Below, one piece after another: positions 10,076 to 21,660 of a stretch of 64,000 bases of DNA (position 1 is its first letter; every line of letters begins with the position of its first letter). Both the position numbers and the translations under genes were made by a program. Origin of the DNA: a bacterium (GTDB taxonomy: Bacteria > SZUA-79 > Acidulodesulfobacterales > Acidulodesulfobacteraceae); contig JAKAFU010000001.1 of the NCBI GenBank assembly GCA_021825865.1, positions 57,444 to 121,443 of the forward strand, read 5' to 3'. Below the pieces are notes generated by a model. The model was not told the origin of the DNA and did not search any database. It was given only the letters and a program-made list of their open reading frames with translations.

Positions 10076-11593
10076 ATGACAAATGATTTTTTTGAACAAT
10101 TCTTAAATAATTTGAAAGAAGAAATAGGCGCTCAAAATTTTAATTTATGGTTTTCTCCTTCAAATATTAACATTAAAGATAACACGATAATATTTTCGGT
10201 GCCTAATAAATTTTACAAGGATATTATTATTGAATCATATAAGGAAATTATTTTAAATTTATGGAAAAAATACAGTAATGATGAATTAAATATTTCATTT
10301 AATGTAAATGAAGAAATTAAAAATAGCCTTGTCGAAACTAAAATTTCAGGTTTAGACGATTTTTTCCCATCCGATATATCTAAAAAAAATAAAGAAAATA
10401 ATGAAAATGTAAATAATTTCAATAAGAATAATACGGCAGATGAATATAAAAAAGATAATTATTCCAATAACGATTTTAATTTTGCCGATAAAACGGACAA
10501 CAACAATACTGACGAAAATAAAGATAAAAAAACAGATATTTCTCAGTCAAACCAGTTAAAAAATATAAAAAAGCATTACTTAAATCTTAATACTAAATAT
10601 ACATTTGAAAATTTTGTTATAGGTTCGGGAAATCAATTTGCGCATGCAGCATGTTTTGCCGTTGCAAATCTTCCGGGACACACTTATAATCCTATGTTTA
10701 TTTATAGCGATGTCGGTCTTGGCAAGACGCATCTTCTTAATGCAATCGGCAATAAAATAATTAAAGAAAAACAATTAAATGTATTTTTAGTTTCATCGGA
10801 ACAATTTACTAATGAAATGATATCGTCTATCAGGGATGATAAAATGGTAGATTTTAGAAATAAATACAGAAACGTTGACGTGCTGTTAATTGACGATATC
10901 CAGTTTATTGCCGGAAAAGAAAGAACCCAGGAAGAATTTTTTTACACATTTAATGCTTTATATGAAAATCAAAAACAGATCGTTGTTTCAAGCGATAAGA
11001 TACCTAGAAATATAGTCAGTTTAGAAGAAAGACTGAGGTCAAGGTTTGAATGGGGTTTAATAGCTGATATTCAGCCTCCGGACTTTGAAACAAGGGTAGC
11101 AATCTTAAAAAAGAAGGCGTTTCTTAATGAAATTGATATCAGCGATGAAATAATTTATTTTATTGCAAGTAAAATTTCAAATAATATAAGGGAATTAGAG
11201 GGCGCTTTGATAAAAGTCGCGGCATTTTCATCTTTTACAGGAAAAAAAATAACACTTGATTTATCAAGAGAGGCCTTGTCTAATCTTATAAAAGAAGAAG
11301 AAAAGCCTATGACCGCGGAAATTATTATTAAAACAGTATGTAATTTTTTTAATATTAAAATACCTGAAATAAAATCTAATAAAAAATTAAAAGAATTTGT
11401 ACTTCCCAGACAGATAGCTATGTATATAATAAGAACAAATACTGATTTATCTTTCCCTGAAATAGGCGATAAATTTGGCGGAAAAGACCATTCATCCGTC
11501 ATTTATGCAGTTGACAAAATTAAAAAAAACTTAAACAAAGATAAAGAATTAGAAAAAACCATTCAAAATATAATTAAAATAATACAAAAATAA
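10076..11593 (+). CDS. dnaA: Chromosomal replication initiator DnaA
   Basis: 505 aa. Walker A GLGKTHLL, ..LLIDDIQF.., sensor ..SNIRELEGAL.., DNA-binding signature ..GGKDHSSVIYA... Domain II is a long Asn/Asp/Lys-rich linker. Confidence 0.97.
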   Translation: MTNDFFEQFLNNLKEEIGAQNFNLWFSPSNINIKDNTIIFSVPNKFYKDIIIESYKEIILNLWKKYSNDELNISFNVNEEIKNSLVETKISGLDDFFPSDISKKNKENNENVNNFNKNNTADEYKKDNYSNNDFNFADKTDNNNTDENKDKKTDISQSNQLKNIKKHYLNLNTKYTFENFVIGSGNQFAHAACFAVANLPGHTYNPMFIYSDVGLGKTHLLNAIGNKIIKEKQLNVFLVSSEQFTNEMISSIRDDKMVDFRNKYRNVDVLLIDDIQFIAGKERTQEEFFYTFNALYENQKQIVVSSDKIPRNIVSLEERLRSRFEWGLIADIQPPDFETRVAILKKKAFLNEIDISDEIIYFIASKISNNIRELEGALIKVAAFSSFTGKKITLDLSREALSNLIKEEEKPMTAEIIIKTVCNFFNIKIPEIKSNKKLKEFVLPRQIAMYIIRTNTDLSFPEIGDKFGGKDHSSVIYAVDKIKKNLNKDKELEKTIQNIIKIIQK

Positions 11594-11950
11594 TATATAT
11601 AATTCAATTACAATTAATTAAATTAATTATATATATTTTATATTTTTTTATAATCATTAAATATTAAACTATTTTAATTTATACAATTATATCTAAATAA
11701 TTATATCTCTATAATAAACAGAAAACTGTTTAAAAATATGTTGAATTTAAAATTAATTTACTAAAAATTAAAAAATTTTTAAAAATTAAACAAAACAGCT
11801 TAAATAACATTAATTATTTATACATATATTTAGACAGGCAGAATTAAATAAATTTAAATACTTATTTTATTTATTAACTTTTTAGTGTATATTACTACTA
11901 TTATTATCTTTTAATTATTAATATATAAGTAGTAATAAGGAAACGGTAAA

Positions 11951-13327
11951 ATGTTCAATTTTAAAATCAAAAAAAATGTTTTTTTAAAAAGTATCCTTGT
12001 AGTGCAGGGAGCTACAGAAAAAAAAATCTCATTACCGGTATTATCTAATCTGTTAATAGAATCGGTTGTTTCTGATGAAAGAATATTACCTGATATAGAT
12101 AACAGCAATGTAATGTCAGATAATAAAAATAACGGATTAATTAAGATAAGCGCTACCGACTTAGAAATCACAATTAAAGATTTTTGCAGCGCCGAAATAA
12201 TAAGCGAAGGTAAAATTACATTAAATGCCAGAACGCTATATAATATAATTAAAGAGTTTCCTGATGAAAAAAATAACAAGGACGGTAAAAACAATAAAAA
12301 CGAAGAGATATATATTGAAATAAAAGAAACCGAAACAGGACTTGTCATAATAAGCTATAAAAAAATTATTTTTAAACTTACAACTATTCCTGCAATAGAT
12401 TATCCTACGCTTCTTGATGTTATAACTGACGATAATTTTAACGTTAATTTTAAGTTTTTAAAATTTATAATAAATAAAGTGATATTTGCAGTATCGCTGT
12501 TGGAAGATACTAAAAAAAGTTTGTCGGGGATTTATTTTATTTTATTAGAAATAGAAGGAAAAAATTATCTGCGGGTCGTGGCTACGGACGGGCATAGATT
12601 ATCATTAGCTCAAATACCTTTATTTAATAATGCCGATAATAAAATCAATGAAATTAATGAAAAATCTTCAGATAATTTAGATTCTATATATAATAAATTT
12701 AAAGAAGGTGTAATAATACCAAAAAAAATTCTTAGCGAATTAATTAAAATAAACTTAGAAGATAAAGATGTTTTCGTCAATATTTCAATTAATTTAAATA
12801 ATATTATTTTTAAATTAAACGATGGAATTAATAATAAAAATAATATAAATTCTATATACGGAACGACTTTTATTTCGCGATTAATAGACGGCAAGTATCC
12901 TAATTACGAAGCTATATTACCTAAAGACAATTATAAAACGGCAATTATAAAAACAGTAGAATTAATAAACTCTATAAAAAGAGTTTATGTATTAGCAGAA
13001 GAAAAATCTCATTCTGTCGAGCTTAGTTTTACTAAAAATTTATTAATTATAAAAACTATTCAAACAAATCAGGGAGAAGCCGTAGATGAAATAGAAATAG
13101 AATATGATGGAGAACCTATAAATATAAAATTAAATTCTAAATATATTCTTGATTTTATCGGTAATATATACGATGAAAAAATTATATTAAAATTTAATAC
13201 TATATCGACGCCTTTAGTTATTGAACCTTTAATTGAAAATAAAGATAATAATAAACTAAAGAATCAGACGGATTTAAACGTATTTGATTATAAATTAACA
13301 GGCGTGTTTATGCCTATGAGGTATTAA
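11951..13327 (+). CDS. dnaN: DNA polymerase III beta sliding clamp
   Basis: 458 aa. ..ATDGHRLS.., ..RLIDGKYPNYEAILP.., C-terminal ..GVFMPMR.. About 80-90 aa longer than usual because of several Asn/Lys-rich insertions. Confidence 0.9.
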   Translation: MFNFKIKKNVFLKSILVVQGATEKKISLPVLSNLLIESVVSDERILPDIDNSNVMSDNKNNGLIKISATDLEITIKDFCSAEIISEGKITLNARTLYNIIKEFPDEKNNKDGKNNKNEEIYIEIKETETGLVIISYKKIIFKLTTIPAIDYPTLLDVITDDNFNVNFKFLKFIINKVIFAVSLLEDTKKSLSGIYFILLEIEGKNYLRVVATDGHRLSLAQIPLFNNADNKINEINEKSSDNLDSIYNKFKEGVIIPKKILSELIKINLEDKDVFVNISINLNNIIFKLNDGINNKNNINSIYGTTFISRLIDGKYPNYEAILPKDNYKTAIIKTVELINSIKRVYVLAEEKSHSVELSFTKNLLIIKTIQTNQGEAVDEIEIEYDGEPINIKLNSKYILDFIGNIYDEKIILKFNTISTPLVIEPLIENKDNNKLKNQTDLNVFDYKLTGVFMPMRY

Positions 13328-15916
<2,589 letters not shown>

Positions 15917-16051
15917 AATAGTTACTGTTTAATCATAAATATTTAATAAGTATATTGATATGGCTGTGCCATTCTTTTATAGTCGTTTTATCATCGATAA
16001 GCAATAGTTAATTTACTATACAACACGCTAAAGCTAAATTACTCTATTATT

Positions 16052-16525
16052 TTATTTATTGGACGGCACAGCCTCTGTATCTTTTTTAACCTTTTTGCTA
16101 GCTGCCGACTTGGTTTTGGCAGGCTGGCGTTTTTTTACTTTTGCATCCGAAGGACTGGATGAAACAGCCTTTTTTGATTTAACAGTTTTTAACTCTGCAG
16201 GTTGTTTTCTTTTTACAGAAGAAGTTTTTTTTGCTGTTACGCGGCTATATTTATTTTTTGCGGATGCTAAAGGATTTTCCAAGGGACTAATATTTTGTTT
16301 ATTAGTTAATTGATTATTATCATGCACTTCCGCAGCGTCATTTTTACCGTCCGTTTTGTCATCCATCGGATTATTCATCTGGTCTTTAAACTCTGAAGTA
16401 GCCTTTTTAAATTCCCTTAAACCTTTTCCCAGAGACTTTCCGATATCCGGCAATCGCTTAGGTCCGAATACCAGCAAAGCAACTACAATAATAATTATGA
16501 TTTCGGGAGTTCCTATTCCAAACAT
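16052..16525 (-). CDS. tatA: Twin-arginine translocase TatA/E-family protein with a long basic tail
   Basis: N-terminus [42 protein letters not shown] is canonical TatA (TM plus amphipathic helix). The remaining roughly 100 aa is Lys/Ser/Ala-rich. Confidence 0.85.
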   Translation of the reverse strand: MFGIGTPEIIIIIVVALLVFGPKRLPDIGKSLGKGLREFKKATSEFKDQMNNPMDDKTDGKNDAAEVHDNNQLTNKQNISPLENPLASAKNKYSRVTAKKTSSVKRKQPAELKTVKSKKAVSSSPSDAKVKKRQPAKTKSAASKKVKKDTEAVPSNK

Positions 16526-16645
16526 TTTACCTCCTATTTCTCTTATATCTTTAAATTATAACACATTAAAATAAAAAAACAATAAAGCGGTTTAATTATA
16601 TTTTTATATTTTATTTTCAATTTTAAAATAATAAAATAAAATAAT

Positions 16646-16661
16646 TGTCCATTTTGGGACA
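16646..16661 (+). promoter_or_regulatory. Dyad TGTCC-N6-GGACA, candidate enhancer (UAS) for the sigma-54 activator
   Basis: Read directly: TGTCCATTTTGGGACA, about 125 bp upstream of the -24 GG at 16779. A one-mismatch copy (TGTTC-N6-GGACA) lies upstream of the second sigma-54 promoter. Confidence 0.4.
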
Positions 16662-16777
16662 CTATATATTGCGCCTAATCGTACTATTTAGTTTAATTAA
16701 AGCAATTTAATCCGAGAAATTATTTTTAAATTAAATCATTATAGATACTTATAAAAACAGTGCATTATTTTTATATT

Positions 16778-16792
16778 TGGCATTATATTTGC
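16778..16792 (+). promoter_or_regulatory. Sigma-54 (-24/-12) promoter
   Basis: TGGCAT-TATAT-TTGC, against consensus TGGCAC-N5-TTGC. GG-to-GC spacing is correct. It lies 78 bp upstream of the thioredoxin-like gene start (16870). Confidence 0.6.
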
Positions 16793-16869
16793 TAATATAT
16801 AAAAAAGCAATACATTATTAGATATTGTTAGAAAATTAAGATAAAATCTAATTTTTAATAAAGGACAAA

Positions 16870-17373
16870 ATGAAAATTTTAATATTATTGATTATGACTT
16901 TTAACTTTTTAGTTATGCAAAATGCATATGCTCAAAATATACCAAAATTTCAAAAAATTAAATGGATAGGTTTTAAAAAGGCTATTTTTTTAAATAATAA
17001 AATTAAAAAACCATTTTTTTTAGAATTTTATGCGCCTTATTGCGATTATTGTATTCAAATGGACAAAAGAGTATTTTATAAAAAAAAAGTGATAAAAATT
17101 ATTAATAAATATTTTTATCCGGTCAAAATTAACATTGAAGGAAATAAAACGGTAAAATTTTTTAATGGAAAAATTTATAGTAAAAAGCTATTATCTATAA
17201 AACTCAATGTTATGGGGACACCGACGGCAATTTTTTACAGTTCAGGGTTAAAAAAAATTTTTACTCTGCCGGGTTATTGGAATGAAGATGATTTTGTTTT
17301 AGTTACCAGATGGATAGCAAAGAAAAAATATAAAATAGAGTCATTGCGTAAATACTACAAGGAGACAAAGTAA
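16870..17373 (+). CDS. Periplasmic thioredoxin-fold protein (SoxW-like / Thioredoxin_7-like)
   Basis: 167 aa. Signal peptide ..VMQNAYA|Q, redox motif FYAPYCDYCIQM (CxxC), and ..GTPTAIFY.. (the cis-Pro region of the Trx fold). Confidence 0.7.
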   Translation: MKILILLIMTFNFLVMQNAYAQNIPKFQKIKWIGFKKAIFLNNKIKKPFFLEFYAPYCDYCIQMDKRVFYKKKVIKIINKYFYPVKINIEGNKTVKFFNGKIYSKKLLSIKLNVMGTPTAIFYSSGLKKIFTLPGYWNEDDFVLVTRWIAKKKYKIESLRKYYKETK

Positions 17374-17826
17374 ATGGGGAAAATAATAAATTATTGTAAA
17401 ATTAAGAATTTGTTCTTACTATATGTATTAATATCTATGGCGGTTATCTTATGCTCCGTTAAAATTTCTTTTGCTCTTAAATCTCCAAAAACTCTTAGCG
17501 AAGCAATAAAAACAGGCAGAGCGTATTTTTTTAAACCTTACGGTGTAAACGGCAAATCTTGTGCGACATGCCATTTATTAGATAAGAATGTAAAAAAAGG
17601 TAAAATAACTATAAAAGCTATAAAAGGTATCGCTAGATTTTTTCCTAAATGGAAAAACAATAAAATTTATACACTAAAGGAGCAATTGGTGCACTGTATT
17701 GTTTATGGAGAAAACGGTTTTAGACCTAAAAAAGATTCTAATATCATAAAATATCTAGATTTTTACCTATATTACTTGTCTAATGGTTATAGAATAAAAG
17801 TTATCCCATCTAAAAACACGCATTAA
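17374..17826 (+). CDS. Monohaem c-type cytochrome, SoxA-like
   Basis: 150 aa. N-terminal hydrophobic signal, a single CXXCH (SCATCH, His67), and a conserved-looking ..TLKEQLVHCIVYGENG.. with Cys108 lying 41 residues after the haem His. Its start abuts the stop of the upstream Trx-like gene. Confidence 0.6.
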   Translation: MGKIINYCKIKNLFLLYVLISMAVILCSVKISFALKSPKTLSEAIKTGRAYFFKPYGVNGKSCATCHLLDKNVKKGKITIKAIKGIARFFPKWKNNKIYTLKEQLVHCIVYGENGFRPKKDSNIIKYLDFYLYYLSNGYRIKVIPSKNTH

Positions 17827-17883
17827 TAACGTTAGTATTTTATAATATAATTAAAATATACAATTATAATTAGAGGTTTTTGT

Positions 17884-18366
17884 ATGTATATATTTTTAAA
17901 ATTTATATTGTTGTTACTAATTTCTTTTTCTGTTGTATCAATTTACAGCAGAAATGCTTTTTCTTCAACTAATCAAAAAATAAACACGGTTTCTTATTTT
18001 CAGCATAAGACACTAAAAGAATTATATGTGGTGTCGCAGAATCCTAAAAAATGGCCGTTGCTTTTATCCGATATAAGCAACGCAATTATTTATTCTAACA
18101 GATATTTTTTTAGATATAAGATTATTGTAGTTGGTTACGGCCCCGGAGGAATTAAATTTTTTATGAATAAGTATGATAAAAAAAATTATCCCACCATTCA
18201 GAGTTTTCACACTTACGGCGTTAAATTTGTTACATGCCATTTGACCATGAAAACATTAGGTATAAAAAAATCGCATCTGTTCAAATTTGTAAAAATCGCT
18301 TATCCCGGTGCCGTTTTTTATATATTTAAATTGAAAAGCCAAGGATATGTTAATATTAATTATTAG
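17884..18366 (+). CDS. DsrE/DsrF-like (COG1416-type) protein with signal peptide, paralogue A
   Basis: 160 aa. Signal peptide ..SRNAFS|S, and core ..YKIIVVGYGPGGIKFF...YGVKFVTCHLTMKTLGIKK..L..FVKIAYPGAVFYIFKLKSQGY... Roughly 50% identical by eye to the ORF at 28807..29280. Confidence 0.6.
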   Translation: MYIFLKFILLLLISFSVVSIYSRNAFSSTNQKINTVSYFQHKTLKELYVVSQNPKKWPLLLSDISNAIIYSNRYFFRYKIIVVGYGPGGIKFFMNKYDKKNYPTIQSFHTYGVKFVTCHLTMKTLGIKKSHLFKFVKIAYPGAVFYIFKLKSQGYVNINY

Positions 18367-18478
18367 TTCGAAACTGTTAAAAGCATTAAAGTCAAATTGC
18401 TGCATTTGCAGTTCCTGAATATCTATTAAAATTTTAATTAATGAATAATAATAATTCATTTTATTTATAAGGAGACGA

Positions 18479-20164
18479 ATGCTTATTACCTTGAAATCCC
18501 GTTTATATTTTGGCTCGGTTATTATTTTTTTAATTATTTCAATTATTTTTTTTTTCATTCTACGGTATGTTTATTTTTTAAGAAGCGCTTCTTATAATCA
18601 AGAAGCAATAAGTCTTACCTCAATTTCGTTAGTAAAAATCCAAAGGAATGTTCTAAATATAATAAGCTTAGAACATATAGAGAAATATAAAAAAGAAATA
18701 GCAAAATTGAGGAATAAACCGTTTGATAGTAATGTAATCAGCTTGCAGATAGAAAAAATTATAAGAAATACAAAAGAAATTCAAAAAGAGAACATGCTTT
18801 CTCTTAACGGGTACGTTGACGGATTTAAAAAAGAAAAATTCATTTCTATTTTTGGAATAAAAAAATCATTACTGAGAAGGTATAAAAATAAAAAAATAAA
18901 TTTAAAACTAAAAATGTTAAGGAAAGAATTGCTGTCTCATAGAAAAGTCCTTTTTAAAATTACAAGCAATCCGTCCCGTTACGGTTTAATTTATTCTCCA
19001 TCATATATAAAAAAAATGATGAATCCGACTATTAAAAGCGTAGAAGATATAGGTGCGGTGATAACTAAAAAAGTTGCGGATAAAATAAAAGTTTTGTATT
19101 TCAGTTTTATAATAATTCCATTTTTTCTGTTGATAATTCTATTTTTAACCAGTGTATATTTTAAGAAATCTTTCGTTGATAAACTTGAAATAGTAATAAA
19201 AAAAATAAAAGATATAGCGCAAGGAGATTTAATGCAGAAAATAAATATTGTCATGAATCCAAAAAATGAGATTGGAGCCTTAGTAATGCATGTAAATACA
19301 TTAATAGAATCTTTAATAGCAAATGTCAAAAGTATTAAAAAAACTTCATCAAATCTTTCCACCCATGGTGAAGAATTATCAGATTCGTCCAGAGAACTTG
19401 ATAATAATATAAATATTATGAAAACAAAAACTATCGCAATTATTGATTCTATAAAACAGATAAGTTCAGCGGTGGTTGAGATTGCAAAAAATATTTCATC
19501 GGCTAATACTATTGTTAAAAATACTCAGGAAGAAACGGGAAAAGGAACTGATTTAGTTAAAAATGTTATTTCTGAAATGAAGTATATAGATAATGAAGTA
19601 ATAATTGTAAACGATGCAATAAAAGATCTCGGAGTGTCATCTGAAAAGATTGGAGAAATAACGGTTGTTATTGATGAAATTGCCGACCAAACTAATCTTC
19701 TTGCTCTTAATGCAGCAATTGAAGCGGCTAGAGCCGGAGAACAAGGAAGAGGATTTGCAGTTGTGGCAGATGAGGTAAGAAAATTAGCCGAAAGAACAAC
19801 AAAAGCAACAAAAGAAATTACTAACATGATAGTTACGTTGCAGAATGATGTTGCAAAAGCCGTTAAATCAATAGAAGCCGGACGAAATAAAGTATTAAAA
19901 GGGGTGGATGCAGCAAATCTTGCAGGAAACTCAATAGATGAAATAAAATCTTTGGTCGATATGGTTACCGATATGATTACAAGAATTGCGGCGGCAACAG
20001 AAGAACAATCAAATATTTTGGAAGAAATATCCGCCTCGTCTGAATCTATTATGCTTGAGCAAGAGAAAAGCTTAAATACGGGAAAATTGGTTGATATATC
20101 TTCATCGGAGCTGTCTCAGTTATCAATGGCATTAAATAAACAAATCGGAATTTATAAAATATGA
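18479..20164 (+). CDS. Methyl-accepting chemotaxis protein (2 TM, periplasmic sensor domain, HAMP, MA domain)
   Basis: 561 aa. RBS AAGGAG upstream. TM1 ..[15 protein letters not shown].., TM2 ..[19 protein letters not shown].., HAMP ..[12 protein letters not shown]...NEIGAL... Highly conserved signalling hairpin ..[43 protein letters not shown]... Confidence 0.9.
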   Translation: MLITLKSRLYFGSVIIFLIISIIFFFILRYVYFLRSASYNQEAISLTSISLVKIQRNVLNIISLEHIEKYKKEIAKLRNKPFDSNVISLQIEKIIRNTKEIQKENMLSLNGYVDGFKKEKFISIFGIKKSLLRRYKNKKINLKLKMLRKELLSHRKVLFKITSNPSRYGLIYSPSYIKKMMNPTIKSVEDIGAVITKKVADKIKVLYFSFIIIPFFLLIILFLTSVYFKKSFVDKLEIVIKKIKDIAQGDLMQKINIVMNPKNEIGALVMHVNTLIESLIANVKSIKKTSSNLSTHGEELSDSSRELDNNINIMKTKTIAIIDSIKQISSAVVEIAKNISSANTIVKNTQEETGKGTDLVKNVISEMKYIDNEVIIVNDAIKDLGVSSEKIGEITVVIDEIADQTNLLALNAAIEAARAGEQGRGFAVVADEVRKLAERTTKATKEITNMIVTLQNDVAKAVKSIEAGRNKVLKGVDAANLAGNSIDEIKSLVDMVTDMITRIAAATEEQSNILEEISASSESIMLEQEKSLNTGKLVDISSSELSQLSMALNKQIGIYKI

Positions 20165-20225
20165 TAATGAAATATTTATATAATTATTAATTAATAGTTA
20201 TGCATATATATACATAACATAAAAT

Positions 20226-21623
20226 ATGCTGAAATTTATAAACGATATTAGCTTAAGAACTAAACTCCTTTTTTCATCTTTTGTTGTCTTATTTTTTATA
20301 ATGATTACCGTTAACTCTATTGCTTTGTACACAATTTATGCTACGCTTGTTTATAGAAATACTTTAAGGAATAATGCACGGAAAAAAATGTGCGTATCGC
20401 AACTAAAATTTTCATTATTGCATAAAGATATTACATCTATAAAAAATATTTTTTATGAAACCCATAAGAATAGGTATATTAACTATCTATATATCAGCAT
20501 ATTAAAAAATAATAAGATAGGCATAAAACATCGGCTTTATTTTGGCTTATATAATGAAAAATTAATAAAAAATATTCCTCCGAATTTAATAAAGCACGAT
20601 AATAAAATCATAGGAAAAGTTTATGTACAATTTAATATTAAAAAAGAATTGCAGTTAATAAGACTAAGGGTTTTTTGGGTTGCGATGAGGTTTTATCTTA
20701 TAAGTTTTATTTTTATATGCATAGGTCTTGTCATATTTTATTTTATAATATCTAAAATTACAGAGCCTCTTTTATTACTTAAAAGCAACATGACGAAAGT
20801 ATCCAATGGAGATTATTCAGTTCATATACAACCTAGTTCTAAAGATGAAATTGGAAGTTTAGCTGATATTTTTAATTCTATGATTAAAAATATAAAAGGA
20901 TATATTAATAAAATAGATTTAATTAGTAAAGAAAGGGAGCAATTAAATTGCATGGCACAGATGGGAGAAATGTCTAGTATGGTAGCGCATGAGATTAAAA
21001 ATGCAGCTTATGTTATTAACTCTAGTAATAAATATATAAAAAATAATCTTCATGCTAAAGATAAAAATTTGATAGAATTTATTAATATTATAGAAGAGGA
21101 ACTAAAAAGACTTAATAATATGACTGTAGGTTTTATGAATTTTGCAAAACAAAGAGAACCAAAATTAGCCGACATTAACTTGAATTATATAATAAATGAA
21201 TCACTCCAGATATTAAATTATGAAATAAAAAATGTCAATATAAAAATTATAAAACAGTTAGATAATTCTATCGGATTAATAAAAGGCGATAAGGAATTAT
21301 TAAAGCAGGTTATTATTAATTTGCTTATTAACGCAATGGATGCAGTTAGCAACGTAAACGACCCTGTGATAAAAATAATAAGTTCTACAGTACATAAAAA
21401 AGATGAAATATCAATAAGCATATCGGATAATGGAGAAGGTATAAAAATTTTGAATATAAATAACGTATTTAAACCCTTTTTTACAACTAAGAAAAGCGGA
21501 ACCGGTTTAGGGCTTGCTATATCTTCAAGAATTGTACTTTTGCATAAAGGATTAATTAAAACTGAAAGAATAGATGGATTTACTGTTTTTACAGTTATAC
21601 TCCCAAGGCGGATAATTTTATAA
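20226..21623 (+). CDS. Sensor histidine kinase (TM-sensor-TM-HAMP-HisKA-HATPase), NtrB/AtoS-like
   Basis: 465 aa. HAMP ..VSNGDYSVHIQPSSKDEIGSLADIFNSM.., H-box ..MSSMVAHEIKNA.., N box ..NLLINAMDA.., G boxes ..DNGEGI.., ..GTGLGLAIS... Confidence 0.88.
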   Translation: MLKFINDISLRTKLLFSSFVVLFFIMITVNSIALYTIYATLVYRNTLRNNARKKMCVSQLKFSLLHKDITSIKNIFYETHKNRYINYLYISILKNNKIGIKHRLYFGLYNEKLIKNIPPNLIKHDNKIIGKVYVQFNIKKELQLIRLRVFWVAMRFYLISFIFICIGLVIFYFIISKITEPLLLLKSNMTKVSNGDYSVHIQPSSKDEIGSLADIFNSMIKNIKGYINKIDLISKEREQLNCMAQMGEMSSMVAHEIKNAAYVINSSNKYIKNNLHAKDKNLIEFINIIEEELKRLNNMTVGFMNFAKQREPKLADINLNYIINESLQILNYEIKNVNIKIIKQLDNSIGLIKGDKELLKQVIINLLINAMDAVSNVNDPVIKIISSTVHKKDEISISISDNGEGIKILNINNVFKPFFTTKKSGTGLGLAISSRIVLLHKGLIKTERIDGFTVFTVILPRRIIL

Positions 21624-21660
21624 TATTTTACTTTATTATACTTTAAGTTAATTTTATATC

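Noticed and set aside
11911-12348. 145-aa minus-strand ORF, together with the many other 60-130 aa antisense ORFs inside mnmG, mnmE, dnaA, dnaN, gyrB, the MCP, ribBA, ribD, ileS and others
   Set aside because: All lie opposite strongly conserved genes. They have low-complexity or hydrophobic translations typical of antisense frames in AT-rich DNA, and they lack RBSs.
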